Shown here in pieces: positions 36,489-48,248 of a stretch of DNA of 64,000 nucleotides (positions are counted from its first letter, which is position 1; every line of letters starts with the position of its first letter). Under the pieces are notes generated by a model that saw only the letters and a list, made by a program, of their open reading frames with translations, ran no database searches and had not been told where the DNA came from. Source of the DNA: an uncultured Alphaproteobacteria bacterium (GTDB taxonomy: Bacteria > Pseudomonadota > Alphaproteobacteria > UBA7985); NCBI GenBank assembly GCA_905479265.1, contig CAJQLX010000014.1:9082-73081 (forward strand), given 5' to 3'. Both the position numbers and the translations under genes were made by a program.

Positions 36489-37328
36489 TTGAACCGAAGA
36501 ACCGCGCTGAAAACGGTTGCTGGTGGTGCCGCCTCTGCGCTGATATTCGCCACGGGCAGCACCACCACCACAGCAACGGCCCAAGGCATCGGCCTAAGCC
36601 GCGCCTTTGTCTACCACCCCAAGGACTCTCCGGGCCGCCCTTGGCCCGGTCTGCCACCGTTTGAGACCCTGACCTATCAAGGCCGCGACGGTCAGCCCTT
36701 GGCCGCATGGTTCTGGCGCGGTTCCCAACCCGCTGGAACGCCGCTGACGGTGTTCTTTCATGGCAATGCTGGGAATTTTGAGGATTCGACCAAGTTTACC
36801 GCCGGTTTGATTGCGGCGGGATATCCGGTCTTGCTGCCCGAATATCGCGGCTACGGCGGTTTGCCCGGTAAGCCAACTGAAACCGGCCTGCGCGCCGATG
36901 CCCAAGCCGCTTTGGACGTTGCCCAAGGCCTTGGATGGCCGGCAAGCAACACGATCATCACCGGGCATTCGCTTGGGGGCGCTCTGGCCTTTCACGCCCT
37001 GCACGACCAGGGCCAAACCGCCCGAGGGGCCATCATCATGAGCACTTTTACCAGTCTGCCGGCTATGGCGGGTCTGGCCGGTTGGTTGATGGCCGACCAG
37101 TTCGACAATCTGGCCTTGGCGCCCCAAACCAGTGTCCCGGTCGCGTGGGTCCACGGCACCCGTGACCGCCTCATCCCCATTAAACACGGCCAACGCCTAT
37201 TCAACGCACTCCCCGCCAGCACGCCCAAGACATTCATCCCCATCGACGTCCCCCACGCCGCTGAGCACCGCACATACCAAACCGCCATGCTCCAAGCGAT
37301 GCAGTGGCACTTAACCCAACAGGGCTAA
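36489..37328 (+). CDS. alpha/beta hydrolase with an N-terminal export signal
   Basis: TTG start. N-terminus NRRTALKTVAGGAASALIFATG and the GHSLGG nucleophile elbow. Confidence 0.75.
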   Translation: MNRRTALKTVAGGAASALIFATGSTTTTATAQGIGLSRAFVYHPKDSPGRPWPGLPPFETLTYQGRDGQPLAAWFWRGSQPAGTPLTVFFHGNAGNFEDSTKFTAGLIAAGYPVLLPEYRGYGGLPGKPTETGLRADAQAALDVAQGLGWPASNTIITGHSLGGALAFHALHDQGQTARGAIIMSTFTSLPAMAGLAGWLMADQFDNLALAPQTSVPVAWVHGTRDRLIPIKHGQRLFNALPASTPKTFIPIDVPHAAEHRTYQTAMLQAMQWHLTQQG

Positions 37329-37356
37329 GCCTTAGCTAAGCCCGCGTTCCAGGACA

Positions 37357-37400
37357 GAAAAAAGGGCCGTCGCTCATGCTTGAGGACGGCCCTATTTCTT
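37357..37400. terminator. bidirectional rho-independent terminator (hydrolase gene / clpX)
   Basis: An A-run, then the stem AGGGCCGTC (37363-37371) / GACGGCCCT (37385-37393), then ATTTCTT. Confidence 0.75.
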
Positions 37401-37430
37401 GCGTTCACGGCGCACCGTTAAATGTGGATA

Positions 37431-38699
37431 TCAGGCCGAAGCCGGCTCCGCGTCGCTGCTGTTTTCTTCGGAGTAGACGAACAAAGGCTGCGCGCTTTTC
37501 TCGACCGCGTCCTTGTTCACCACAACTTCCTCAACACCCGCCATCCCGGGCAGATCGTACATGGGGTCGAGCAAGATGCTCTCCATGATTGACCGAAGGC
37601 CCCGTGCGCCGGTCTTCCGTTTGATCGCTTTGGCGGCCACGGCCTCCATTGCGTCATCGGTAAAGGACAGCTTGACGTCTTCCATCTCGAACAAGCGCTG
37701 GTACTGCTTGATCAGCGCGTTTTTCGGTTCGGTCAGAATCTGCATCAGCGCGGCCTCATCGAGGTCTTCAAGCGTCGCCACAACGGGCATCCGGCCAATG
37801 AACTCTGGGATCAGGCCATAGCGCTGCAGATCTTCTGGCTCCACATCGCGCAGGATTTCGCCTGTCCGACGCTCATCGGGGCTTTGCACCGTGGCACCGA
37901 AGCCCAGCGAGCTGCCTTGCGAGCGTTGGGAGATGATCTTCTCCAACCCGGCGAAGGCACCGCCTGCGATGAACAGAATGTTGGTCGTATCCACCTGCAG
38001 GAATTCTTGTTGCGGATGCTTGCGGCCCCCCTGTGGCGGTACAGAAGCAACCGTACCTTCCATGAGCTTCAGCAACGCTTGCTGCACGCCCTCACCCGAT
38101 ACATCGCGGGTGATAGACGGGTTCTCAGCCTTGCGCGTGATCTTATCGATCTCATCGATATAAACGATGCCGCGTTGCGCCTTTTCCACGTTGTAGTCAG
38201 CCGCTTGCAGCAGCTTGAGGACGATGTTCTCCACGTCCTCACCCACGTAACCAGCTTCCGTCAACGTGGTGGCATCCGCCATGGTGAACGGCACGTCCAG
38301 GATCCGCGCCAGCGTCTGCGCCAGCAAGGTCTTGCCGCAACCCGTCGGGCCGACCAGCAGGATGTTGGACTTGGACAGTTCAACGTCGTTAGACTTCTGC
38401 GCATGGTTCAGGCGCTTGTAGTGGTTGTGTACGGCAACCGCCAGCACGCGTTTCGCCTGTGCCTGACCGATGACAAAGTCATCGAGAATGCCGTAAATAT
38501 CGGTTGGTGTCGGAACCCCTTCGGAGGACTTGGCGAGACCGCCTTTGCTTTCCTCACGAATAATGTCCATGCACAGCTCGACGCATTCATCACAGATGAA
38601 AACGGTCGGACCCGCAATCAGCTTCCGCACCTCGTGCTGGCTCTTGCCGCAGAAGGAGCAGTAAAGCGTGTTCTTGCTGTCGCTTATTGTTCCGGACAT
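37431..38699 (-). CDS. clpX: ATP-dependent Clp protease ATP-binding subunit ClpX
   Basis: Zinc-finger CSFCGK...CDEC and Walker A GPTGCGKT. Start at [18 protein letters not shown]. Confidence 0.95.
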   Translation of the reverse strand: MSGTISDSKNTLYCSFCGKSQHEVRKLIAGPTVFICDECVELCMDIIREESKGGLAKSSEGVPTPTDIYGILDDFVIGQAQAKRVLAVAVHNHYKRLNHAQKSNDVELSKSNILLVGPTGCGKTLLAQTLARILDVPFTMADATTLTEAGYVGEDVENIVLKLLQAADYNVEKAQRGIVYIDEIDKITRKAENPSITRDVSGEGVQQALLKLMEGTVASVPPQGGRKHPQQEFLQVDTTNILFIAGGAFAGLEKIISQRSQGSSLGFGATVQSPDERRTGEILRDVEPEDLQRYGLIPEFIGRMPVVATLEDLDEAALMQILTEPKNALIKQYQRLFEMEDVKLSFTDDAMEAVAAKAIKRKTGARGLRSIMESILLDPMYDLPGMAGVEEVVVNKDAVEKSAQPLFVYSEENSSDAEPASA

Positions 38700-38818
38700 C
38701 GAAAATCCTAAATCCTTGAAAACACTGAACAGACTAGAAGTAAGCAGACGTTCTTGCAAGGCGCTCGGCACGCGGCCATTTAGCCACCTTTCGAGCGCCT
38801 TAGAGAGCGGCGCTTACC

Positions 38819-39505
38819 CTACTCTGACGGGTCAGCACGCTTGCTGACAATTTCGTCGATCAAACCAAAGGCCAGCGCTTCTTCTGGGTCCATATAGTTG
38901 TCACGGTCCATCGCCGTATCGATTTCCGACACCTTCTTGCCCGTGTGATGAGCATAGAGCGCGTTTAACCGCTCGCGGGTCTTCAGAATTTCACGGGCGT
39001 GAATTTCGATATCCGCCGCAGTGCCTTGGTAGCCCGACGATGGCTGGTGGATCATGATCTTGGAATTCGGCAGCGAGAAACGCTTATCCTTGTCCCCGGC
39101 CATCAGCAGGAAAGACCCCATCGACGCCGCCATCCCCACGCAAATCGTCGAGATCGACGGCTTCACGAACATCATGGTGTCGTACATCGCCAAACCAGCA
39201 GAAACCGAGCCGCCGGGAGAGTTGATGTAGATGCTAATGTCTTTGTCCGGGTTCACGCTTTCCAAAAACAAGAGCTGCGCGCACACCGAAGCCGACATCA
39301 TGTCGTTTACCACGCCGGAAACGAAAATAATCCGCTCCATCAGCATCCGCGAATAAATGTCGTAGACTTTTTCGCCGCGGTTGGTTTGCTCAATCACGTA
39401 AGGGATTGGCGTGGTCATTGTCGTTTGCGTTGGGCTCGTGAGCGGAGTCGCGTGAGGGCCAGCTACGACGCCAGAGTTGGCAAAAGGATCGTAAGGAAAG
39501 GTCAC
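38819..39505 (-). CDS. clpP: ATP-dependent Clp protease proteolytic subunit ClpP
   Basis: [19 protein letters not shown] and GMAASMGS (active-site Ser). The internal Met near 39418 is an alternative start. Confidence 0.95.
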   Translation of the reverse strand: MTFPYDPFANSGVVAGPHATPLTSPTQTTMTTPIPYVIEQTNRGEKVYDIYSRMLMERIIFVSGVVNDMMSASVCAQLLFLESVNPDKDISIYINSPGGSVSAGLAMYDTMMFVKPSISTICVGMAASMGSFLLMAGDKDKRFSLPNSKIMIHQPSSGYQGTAADIEIHAREILKTRERLNALYAHHTGKKVSEIDTAMDRDNYMDPEEALAFGLIDEIVSKRADPSE

Positions 39506-39603
39506 TATCAGTCATCCATTGGTTCGAATACGGCACCGCTGCCATCAGTGGGCAACCGCGAGGGGCACAGCACCATAGCTGCGCTCCTGTGTTCTTGTTT
39601 CAG

Positions 39604-39632
39604 ATATGGGGGCTTTCGCGTCTTTCCGCAAC
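39604..39632 (-). promoter_or_regulatory. candidate sigma32 (RpoH)-type heat-shock promoter for clpP
   Basis: The minus strand reads GTTGCG-N15-CCCCATAT. The -10 matches CCCCATnT; the -35 is only CTTG-like. Confidence 0.35.
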
Positions 39633-39640
39633 CGGCGAGT

Positions 39641-40243
39641 TTATGCGTGCTCGCCCTCGGCCACCATCGCCTGATCAAAGCGCGCCATTGCGCCCGCCAG
39701 ATCAGCATGAATCACGGCCAATTTGCCGATAATCTGTTCGCGTTCTTCGCGCTGGCGGTCCACCGGGTCTTCTGACCCCTCTGGCACACTCAACATCGAC
39801 GCAAGAGAGTTCTCAGACTGGGGCACGACCGGTGTGATGGTTTGGAACAGTTCGCGGGTCTGGATGGCTTCTTCCGACAGGGTCTGCGCCGCTGTGGTGT
39901 TGGCAATATCCTCGGCTGCTTCGCGTTCTGCTTCCAGCTGATCCTGCTCCTCCATATCCGGTGGCAGGGTCATATCGTCCGACGGGGCTGGTGGTGCTTC
40001 GATACCGCCCTCACGCAACAAACGCTGCACACCGCGAATGGTATAGCCTTGCACGTACAGCAAATCACGGATGGTGGTGAGCAGTGACAGGTCTTCGGGA
40101 CGGTAATACCGACGGCGTCCACCCCGCTTCAGCGGCTGGATTTCTGGAAACTTGGTTTCCCAAAACCGCAGAACGTGCTGCGGAACGTCTAATTCCTCGG
40201 ACGCTTCGCGAATGTTCCGGAAGGCATCGTTTGCTTTAACCAT
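39641..40243 (-). CDS. MerR family transcriptional regulator (ihfA-linked type)
   Basis: N-terminal HTH (FRNIREASEELDVPQHVLRFWETKF...RRRYYRPEDL) and an acidic C-terminus. Confidence 0.8.
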   Translation of the reverse strand: MVKANDAFRNIREASEELDVPQHVLRFWETKFPEIQPLKRGGRRRYYRPEDLSLLTTIRDLLYVQGYTIRGVQRLLREGGIEAPPAPSDDMTLPPDMEEQDQLEAEREAAEDIANTTAAQTLSEEAIQTRELFQTITPVVPQSENSLASMLSVPEGSEDPVDRQREEREQIIGKLAVIHADLAGAMARFDQAMVAEGEHA

Positions 40244-40280
40244 CTTTGGCCCTCTGCTCTAACCTATGGACCTGCGCACC

Positions 40281-40622
40281 TTACTCGTCGTCGTCGCCTG
40301 CTTCAATGTAAGCTTCAAGCGGACCGCCCTTCCAGTCTTCAACAAGCGCCTGTTTCAGCACTTGGCTTGCTCGGAAGACCAGTACGCGACGCGGCGGAAT
40401 TTCGTGTTCCTCGCCGGTCTTTGGATTGCGACCAATGCGTTTCGCCTTTTCGCGCACTAGAAAAGTGCCGAACGACGCAATCTTTACTTGCTCGCCATCG
40501 ACCAGCGCATCAGAGACGTGATTGATGATACTCTCGACCAGGTCTGCGGACTCATTGCGGGATAGACCAACCTTCTCGTAGAGAGCCTCAGTCAGGTCTG
40601 CGCGCGTAATTGTTTTATCCAA
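40281..40622 (-). CDS. ihfA: integration host factor subunit alpha
   Basis: TTG start. [21 protein letters not shown]...[17 protein letters not shown], a bacterial DNA-binding-protein (HU/IHF) fold with the Pro arm. Confidence 0.9.
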   Translation of the reverse strand: MDKTITRADLTEALYEKVGLSRNESADLVESIINHVSDALVDGEQVKIASFGTFLVREKAKRIGRNPKTGEEHEIPPRRVLVFRASQVLKQALVEDWKGGPLEAYIEAGDDDE

Positions 40623-40743
40623 CCGTCAATACCTTTGTCATCACCACTCCGGAGGGGTTGATAACCAACCCTATCCAAGGGGTCAACGCGACTCAGGCTT
40701 GCAAGGCCAAAAAATGCCAAAAACGACGCAAAAGAGCCTTAGA

Positions 40744-41400
40744 TCAAGGATTTGGCGCGTGATGGAGAGCGGTTATGAGCGCTGCACTCAATAAGAATCC
40801 GGCGCTCACCCGTTTGAGCCATTTCAAGGCGTTTGGTTGCGTGAACAACGAAGACAAGCGCCCACTTGAGTAGGCATAAGCCAAAGCGTTGGCACCGCCC
40901 ATCACAACAAACAATACGCCATAGACCGTCACTTGCGGCCAATAAGCGAGCGAGCGATCGACGAATTGTGGAATGAAGGCGAGGAAAAACACGATCCCTT
41001 TTGGGTTTAGGGCAGTGACAATAAAGGTCTGCTGAAACACCTTGGAAAGCGCAATTGAGTCGGCGATTTCCGGCGCGGTAGGATCGCTCCCCGGTTTCGC
41101 TGCGACGACGCGATTGCTTTCCCGCCACGTCTGCACAGCGACGTACACCAAGTAGGCAACACCCGCCCATTTTATCGCGTCATAGGCCGCCGGACTGACC
41201 GCCAACAGCGCGCCCAAACCCGTCAAACACAGGGTCACAGCCGTCAAATCACCCAGCACAACCCCCGCCGTGCTCGCCCAGATCGCCTTGCGACCCACGC
41301 GCAGGCCATAGGCAACCACGGTAAGAATGGTGGGACCGGGGATAACCAGCAGGATCCCTGCGGTCAGCAAAAAGCCGATAAGAGACGCGGTATTGATCAA
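40744..41400 (-). CDS. LysE/RhtB family amino-acid efflux translocator
   Basis: 218 aa, about 6 TM helices, with a typical N-terminus PGPTILTV. Confidence 0.8.
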   Translation of the reverse strand: MINTASLIGFLLTAGILLVIPGPTILTVVAYGLRVGRKAIWASTAGVVLGDLTAVTLCLTGLGALLAVSPAAYDAIKWAGVAYLVYVAVQTWRESNRVVAAKPGSDPTAPEIADSIALSKVFQQTFIVTALNPKGIVFFLAFIPQFVDRSLAYWPQVTVYGVLFVVMGGANALAYAYSSGRLSSLFTQPNALKWLKRVSAGFLLSAALITALHHAPNP

Positions 41401-41412
41401 CAGCCCGGAGCG

Positions 41413-42456
41413 CTATGCAGCGTCGGTATCGAGACCGAAGAGGTCACCGTTGTCGGCAATGGCTTGGGCAATCTTGGTCTGGAAGTCTCCAGCCATCAAT
41501 TCGACGGAAACGCTGACCGCGTTGGCAAAGCCAATATCGTCGGTGCCGCCGTGCGATTTCACACAGATCCCGCCCAAACCCAAAAACATCCCGCCGTTAT
41601 AGGTGCGGGGGTCCAAGCGCTGCCGGAGTCGCCCCATGGCGGGCATGGCGAACAGGTAACCGATGCGGCTAAAAATGCCGGACCGGAATGCTTCACGGAC
41701 CATGCCAGAGATCAACCGCCCCACGCCTTCTGTCGTCTTCAAGGCGACGTTTCCGGTAAAACCGTCGGTGACGACCACATCCGTTGTGCCAGCGGCGATG
41801 TCATCGGCTTCGATGAATCCCGCAAACGCCCCCGGTAACGACGCACTGTCGCGCATCAAATCAGCCGCAACCTGCAAGACCTCATGGCCCTTTTGCTCTT
41901 CCGAGCCGATGTTCAGCAGGCCGATGGTGGGATTGTCTTTACCAAACAAGAACCGCGCATAGAGTGCGCCCATGATGGCGAATTGCAGCAAGTTGCGCTC
42001 GTCACACTGGACGTTTGCGCCCAGATCGAGAACGACAGACTGGCCCTTGGCGGTTGGCAACGGTGATGCAATGGCGGGGCGATCGACGCCGGGCACCATG
42101 CGCAACAGAACTTTACCCAACGCCATCAGCGCGCCGGTGTTGCCCGCCGAAATGATCGCTTGAGCCTCGCCCTGCTTCACCGCTTCGATCGCGCGACGCA
42201 TGGAGCTGTCTCGTTTCCCGCCACGCAGCGCGTTTGCAGGCTTTTCGTCGCCACTGATCGCCACTTCGCAGTGCGTCAGGGTGTACCGACCGGACAGCAG
42301 CGGATGTTGATCAAACAGCGGGTTAAGCTGATCCTGATGACCAAAGACGAGAAAATGCAGGTTTGGGTGTTTTTCAGCCGCAATAGCCAGGCCGCTTACC
42401 ACGATGCCGGGCGCATCGTCGCCGCCCATGGCATCGACAGCCAAGGTTAAAGTCAT
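41413..42456 (-). CDS. plsX: phosphate acyltransferase PlsX
   Basis: LTLAVDAMGGDDAPG N-terminus. Start at the internal Met (ATG 42454-42456). Downstream of rpmF. Confidence 0.9.
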   Translation of the reverse strand: MTLTLAVDAMGGDDAPGIVVSGLAIAAEKHPNLHFLVFGHQDQLNPLFDQHPLLSGRYTLTHCEVAISGDEKPANALRGGKRDSSMRRAIEAVKQGEAQAIISAGNTGALMALGKVLLRMVPGVDRPAIASPLPTAKGQSVVLDLGANVQCDERNLLQFAIMGALYARFLFGKDNPTIGLLNIGSEEQKGHEVLQVAADLMRDSASLPGAFAGFIEADDIAAGTTDVVVTDGFTGNVALKTTEGVGRLISGMVREAFRSGIFSRIGYLFAMPAMGRLRQRLDPRTYNGGMFLGLGGICVKSHGGTDDIGFANAVSVSVELMAGDFQTKIAQAIADNGDLFGLDTDAA

Positions 42457-42614
42457 GCTCGTTGTCGCCCTCGTTCCCTGTTCGAAAGAGATAACCACTT
42501 TTGCATGGCCTTATGCAAGCATTGTTGGACGCAGGTTAGCTCTATCTTGTGGACAGCAAAAAGGGCCGTGGACTTTCGTCCGCGACCCTAAATCACTCAA
42601 GCAAGTGTTGCGAC

Positions 42615-42794
42615 TTAAACGTCTACCGCAACGACTTCCTTGGAATCGTAGTGACCGCAAGAGAGGCAAACGTGGTGCGGGCGCTTAAGCTCGCCGCAGT
42701 TCGAACACTCTGCGTGGTTGCCGAAGGAGATTGCATCGTGTGAACGGCGCATACCCCGGCGGGAACGAGAAATTTTGGACTTTGGAACAGCCAT
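42615..42794 (-). CDS. rpmF: 50S ribosomal protein L32
   Basis: [19 protein letters not shown]... with C-x2-C...C-x2-C, 59 aa, inside the longer track ORF. Confidence 0.9.
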   Translation of the reverse strand: MAVPKSKISRSRRGMRRSHDAISFGNHAECSNCGELKRPHHVCLSCGHYDSKEVVAVDV

Positions 42795-42949
42795 CTTCGT
42801 ACATCCAAATAAAAAGGCAAAAGGAGGGGCGAAGGAGATCGCTCCAGAACATGAAGAGGGGCTATAGACGACCAAGAGCCGAGACGCCAAGCTTTTATCC
42901 CTCAAACCAGTCCTGCAAGGCCGCATGGCTGGTTATTGATCGCGTAACA

Positions 42950-43939
42950 TCAGAGATCCTGACGCAACAACTCAGCGACTTTCAAAGCGCCATAGGTCAG
43001 AACGCCGTCGGCCCCTGCGCGTTTGAAGGACAATAAAGTCTCTAACCACACCTTATCATGATCGAGCCATCCGTTTTGACACGCGGCCATGATCTGGGCG
43101 TACTCACCACTGACTTGATAGGCAAAAGTGGGGACTCCAAAGGTTTCCTTCACCCGAGTCACCATGTCGAGGTAAGGCAAACCGGGCTTAACCATCACGC
43201 TGTCTGCGCCCTCCTCCAGGTCCAACTCGACCTCTCTCAGTCCTTCCGCAGCGTTTGCGGTATCCATCTGATAGGTCTTCTTATCACCCTTGAGCGCGCC
43301 AGAGCTGCCGATGGCGTCCCGGAATGGGCCGTAGTAGGCACTGGCGTACTTCACCGCGTAGGAAAGGATGCCAACATTGGTATAGCCCGCCTCGTCCAGA
43401 CCATCGCGAATCGCGCCCACGCGACCATCCATCATGTCAGAAGGCGCGACGATGTCCGCGCCTGCGTCCGCCAGCGACAAGGCCTGACGAACCAGCGCGG
43501 TCACGGTCTCATCATTCACAATCACCCCCTCGACGAGATAACCGTCGTGACCTTTTGGGTTATAGGGGTCGAAAGCGACGTCTGTGATGATCCCCAAATC
43601 TGGAAACTCGCCCTTGATGGCACGAACAGCGCGGTTGACCAGATTGTCTTCACGCCAGCTTTCTGAACAATCCGGTGTTTTCAGGGCTGGATCCACTTCG
43701 GGAAAGAGCGCCAAGGCCGGAATACCAAGCGCCGCTGCACGCTCCGCCAGCTTCAGCGCATCATCTAAGGTGTTCCGATGCGTGCCGGGCATGGAGGCAA
43801 CTTCAGAGCTGCTTTCTGCATCTGTCACAAACACCGGCAAAATCAGGTCCGCCGCGCTCACGCGGTTTTCAGCCACCAGCGAGCGGATGAAAACTGATGC
43901 ACGATTTCGGCGAAGTCTGGTCCGTGGAAAGCTGGGCAT
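42950..43939 (-). CDS. hemB: porphobilinogen synthase (delta-aminolevulinate dehydratase)
   Basis: FPRTRLRRNR N-terminus and a full-length HemB-like sequence. ATG 43972 is an alternative start. Confidence 0.9.
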   Translation of the reverse strand: MPSFPRTRLRRNRASVFIRSLVAENRVSAADLILPVFVTDAESSSEVASMPGTHRNTLDDALKLAERAAALGIPALALFPEVDPALKTPDCSESWREDNLVNRAVRAIKGEFPDLGIITDVAFDPYNPKGHDGYLVEGVIVNDETVTALVRQALSLADAGADIVAPSDMMDGRVGAIRDGLDEAGYTNVGILSYAVKYASAYYGPFRDAIGSSGALKGDKKTYQMDTANAAEGLREVELDLEEGADSVMVKPGLPYLDMVTRVKETFGVPTFAYQVSGEYAQIMAACQNGWLDHDKVWLETLLSFKRAGADGVLTYGALKVAELLRQDL

Positions 43940-43972
43940 GGTGAGAAACCTAAAGTGAGCGAATTGTGTCAT

Positions 43973-44380
43973 CGAAACCTAAACCGATGCATCCATTTCC
44001 CCAACCCCTAGATCCGAGTGATATCAAATTTGATATACACGTTAAGATTTTCTTTCGAGGTAATTACAAAACCTATCAAATCTGTTTTGTTAGCCTTTTT
44101 GCTAGCAATTAGAGTGTTTTGCCGTCAAAATCAGGCACTTTTCTAAACATTTATGCAAAAATATGCTCAAACGTGTGTGAAAAGTGAATTCGGCATGTTT
44201 TTTACCTTGATTAGATTAATTTTTATGGCACTTCTTGTCTCAGGTGGTTTTGGAAGCTCGCTTTATCGGCAGCTTCTCGGACAAAAATATAAAGTGCGAA
44301 AAGACTAGCGAAGTCAGGTTTTTTTTGCATCAAACAGTCGCTCGGGTTCCGCCCTTGAGCAAAGCGTAAAGGGGTCCATT
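43973..44380. promoter_or_regulatory. ~400-bp AT-rich divergent intergenic region (hemB / MarR-family gene) with a 16-bp perfect palindrome
   Basis: AT-rich, unlike its surroundings. ATATCAAATTTGATAT lies at 44021-44036 and a T8 run at ~44319-44326. Confidence 0.5.
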
Positions 44381-44863
44381 GTGAACCAAGATTACCTAGA
44401 TACGATCGCCGCCGTTGAGCGCCTTCACCGTCGCTGTCTCGAAGTGATCAAAACGGAGCTCGACCGCTCTGGTGTTCGCGACATCAACAACATTCAGTCG
44501 CTGATCCTCTTTAACATCGGCGATGAAGAGTTGACGGTGGGCGAGCTGACCCTTCGCGGCTGCTACCACGGCTCAAACGTGTCGTACAACCTGAAGAAGC
44601 TGGTTGATTTTGGTTACGTCTCGCACCGTCGCAGCGCACATGATCGCCGCTCCTACCGCGTCAAGTTGACGGACAAGGGCGTGAAGATCCGGGGATTGCT
44701 GCAGGACATGTTCGGTCGCCACGCTGATTCCCTGAGTGGCTTCAACATGGATTCCGATGTGTTTTCAAAGACAAACGACGTGCTTCTGCGCCTCGACCGT
44801 TTCTGGGCATCGCAATCTGACGCCTACGGTATGTCCGACAAGGCCTTGAGCCGCGTCGCTTAA
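44381..44863 (+). CDS. MarR family winged-helix transcriptional regulator
   Basis: GTG start. wHTH segment (LTVGELTLRGCYHGSNVSYNLKKLVDFGYVSHRRSAHDRRSYRVKLTDKG). Confidence 0.8.
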   Translation: MNQDYLDTIAAVERLHRRCLEVIKTELDRSGVRDINNIQSLILFNIGDEELTVGELTLRGCYHGSNVSYNLKKLVDFGYVSHRRSAHDRRSYRVKLTDKGVKIRGLLQDMFGRHADSLSGFNMDSDVFSKTNDVLLRLDRFWASQSDAYGMSDKALSRVA

Positions 44864-44906
44864 TAGGCTTTTTGGGAGGCATCGAAACTCACACGCGGAT
44901 ATCGCG

Positions 44907-45341
44907 ATGAAATTGTTCTTTGCCTCAGACCATGCAGGTCTGAATTTACGGCGTGTTCTTATGGATCACGCCGTTTCTCTTGGTCACGAGATTGTGGACC
45001 TTGGCCCCGACGGCACCGCGTCGGTTGATTATCCTGATTTTGGCAACAAACTCGCCGATGCGCTGGCCACCGACCCCAGCGCGCAGGGCGTTGCTGTTTG
45101 CGGAACGGGCATTGGCATATCAATCGCCCTGAACCGACACAGCCACATCCGAGCAGCGCTGGTTCAGGACGTAACGACCGCAACGCTCACGCGCCTGCAC
45201 AACGACGCCAACGTCATTGCCTTTGGTGACCGTGTGATTGGTGTTGAAACCGCAAAAGACGCGTTGACCGCTTTCCTGACGACGGCATTTGAAGGCGGAC
45301 GCCATCAGAGGCGCGTCGAAAAGCTCACTCCCGCAAACTGA
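44907..45341 (+). CDS. rpiB: ribose 5-phosphate isomerase B
   Basis: MKLFFASDHAG... and CGTGIGISIALNR motifs. Confidence 0.9.
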   Translation: MKLFFASDHAGLNLRRVLMDHAVSLGHEIVDLGPDGTASVDYPDFGNKLADALATDPSAQGVAVCGTGIGISIALNRHSHIRAALVQDVTTATLTRLHNDANVIAFGDRVIGVETAKDALTAFLTTAFEGGRHQRRVEKLTPAN

Positions 45342-45444
45342 TACTCTCCGCTATTGCAGCATTGAGAGGCGCTTTTGAGTGTTCTACTTGCCCCGCAAAG
45401 ATGCTCATATGCGCGCACACCCTTTCTTCCGGAGACCCCTAGTA

Positions 45445-46725
<1,281 letters not shown>

Positions 46726-46740
46726 GGAAGAAGGAAAAGC

Positions 46741-47199
46741 GTGCGCTGCCCGTTTTGCGGAAATATTGATACGGCTGTAAAAGATAGCCGCCCGTCGGAG
46801 GACAACACGTCCATCCGACGCCGGCGGCAATGTCCAGCCTGCAGCGGACGCTTTACGACTTTTGAACGCATTCAGCTCCGCGAGCTGACGGTGATCAAAT
46901 CCAACGGCACGCGTGAGCCGTTCGACCGCGACAAGCTCGCCAAATCCCTCATCATCGCCCTGCATAAGCGTCCGGTGGACAGCGAACGCATCGAGCGGAT
47001 CGTCTCCGGCATCGTGCGTCGATTGGAGCATGGTGGCGAGGCCGATATTAAGACGCGAGAAATCGGCGAGATGGTGATGGAAGCCCTGAGCGGTCTGGAT
47101 CAAGTTGCCTTCGTCCGCTTTGCCAGCGTGTATCGCAACTTCGAAGTTGCTGAAGAATTCCAAAGAATCCTCGACGAAATGGATGATCGCGGTGAGTGA
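46741..47199 (+). CDS. nrdR: transcriptional repressor NrdR
   Basis: GTG start. (M)RCPFCG...[12 protein letters not shown] zinc ribbon plus an ATP-cone. Confidence 0.9.
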   Translation: MRCPFCGNIDTAVKDSRPSEDNTSIRRRRQCPACSGRFTTFERIQLRELTVIKSNGTREPFDRDKLAKSLIIALHKRPVDSERIERIVSGIVRRLEHGGEADIKTREIGEMVMEALSGLDQVAFVRFASVYRNFEVAEEFQRILDEMDDRGE

Positions 47200-48205
47200 C
47201 ACCGACATCATGCGCGTGGCGCTGGCGCTGGCCAGACGCGGGCTGGGTCGCACGGCGCCGAATCCCACGGTCGGCTGCGTGATCGTCGCGGCCGATGGCA
47301 AGGTTTTGGGACAGGCACGCACGGCGGACGGGGGACGTCCCCACGCCGAAACGCAGGCGCTGGAACAGGCGGGAGCCGCAGCCAAGGGCGCAACCGCTTT
47401 TGTCACTTTGGAACCTTGCGCGCATCAGGGGCAGACCGGCCCCTGCTCGCGCGCTTTGATCGATGCACAGGTGGCGCGGGTGGTGATCGCGACGCTGGAT
47501 CCGGACCCGCGCACCGCTGGCAAGGGCGCGACGATGCTGCGCGAGGCTGGCATTGATGTGACGGTGGGCGTGATGGAGAGCGAGGCCAAGCAGGTCAACG
47601 CCGGATTCATGAAGCGCATTACTTCAGGGAAGCCTTACCTGACGCTCAAGCTGGCTTTGTCGCTCGATGGCAAAATCGCGCTTGGGAATGGTGAGAGCCA
47701 ATGGATCACAGGACCAGCGGCCAGAGCGCGGGGGCATTTGCTGCGGGCTGAATCGGACTTTCTGCTCACCGGCGCAAAAACAGTGCTGAAAGACCACCCG
47801 CGCTTTACCGTGCGGATCGCGGGTCTGGAAGCCTATTCACCGCGGGTTGGCGTGGTCTATGACGCGGAACGCAGCAACCAGGAAATTGTCAAATGGGTTC
47901 AGGACCAGCGCCCGAATTGGATGCTCTTGCCCGGCTGGGATTTTCAGGCGCATCTGGCGCGGATTGCAGACTCTGGCGCGACACGGGTTCTGGCTGAGGC
48001 TGGCGGCGGCGTCGCTCGGGCCTTGCTGGCAGACGGCTTGGTGGATGAAATTGTGGTGTTTCGCGCCGGCAAAGTGCTGGGCGGCGACGCCCGCGATGGG
48101 GTTGGCGTTTTCGACTTCCATTCTTTGGACCAAGCCCCGCACTTCAAGCGGGTTGAAAGTCTGGTGCTGGGCGAAGACTTTATGGAAGTATGGCGTCAAA
48201 GCTGA
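47183..48205 (+). CDS. ribD: bifunctional riboflavin biosynthesis deaminase/reductase RibD
   Basis: [24 protein letters not shown] and HAE...EPC...C deaminase zinc motifs. The start is ambiguous (ATG 47183, GTG 47192 or ATG 47210) and overlaps the nrdR end. Confidence 0.9.
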   Translation: MIAVSDTDIMRVALALARRGLGRTAPNPTVGCVIVAADGKVLGQARTADGGRPHAETQALEQAGAAAKGATAFVTLEPCAHQGQTGPCSRALIDAQVARVVIATLDPDPRTAGKGATMLREAGIDVTVGVMESEAKQVNAGFMKRITSGKPYLTLKLALSLDGKIALGNGESQWITGPAARARGHLLRAESDFLLTGAKTVLKDHPRFTVRIAGLEAYSPRVGVVYDAERSNQEIVKWVQDQRPNWMLLPGWDFQAHLARIADSGATRVLAEAGGGVARALLADGLVDEIVVFRAGKVLGGDARDGVGVFDFHSLDQAPHFKRVESLVLGEDFMEVWRQS

Positions 48206-48248
48206 GGGCGCAGGATTTCTGTCCAGTTCAGGGGAGCAACGGGCACAC

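Noticed and set aside
39515-39545. GGTTCGAAT T-loop-like sequence upstream of clpP, checked as a possible tRNA.
   Set aside because: The flanking bases cannot form a T-stem (ATTGG versus ACGGC) or an acceptor stem, so it is not a tRNA.
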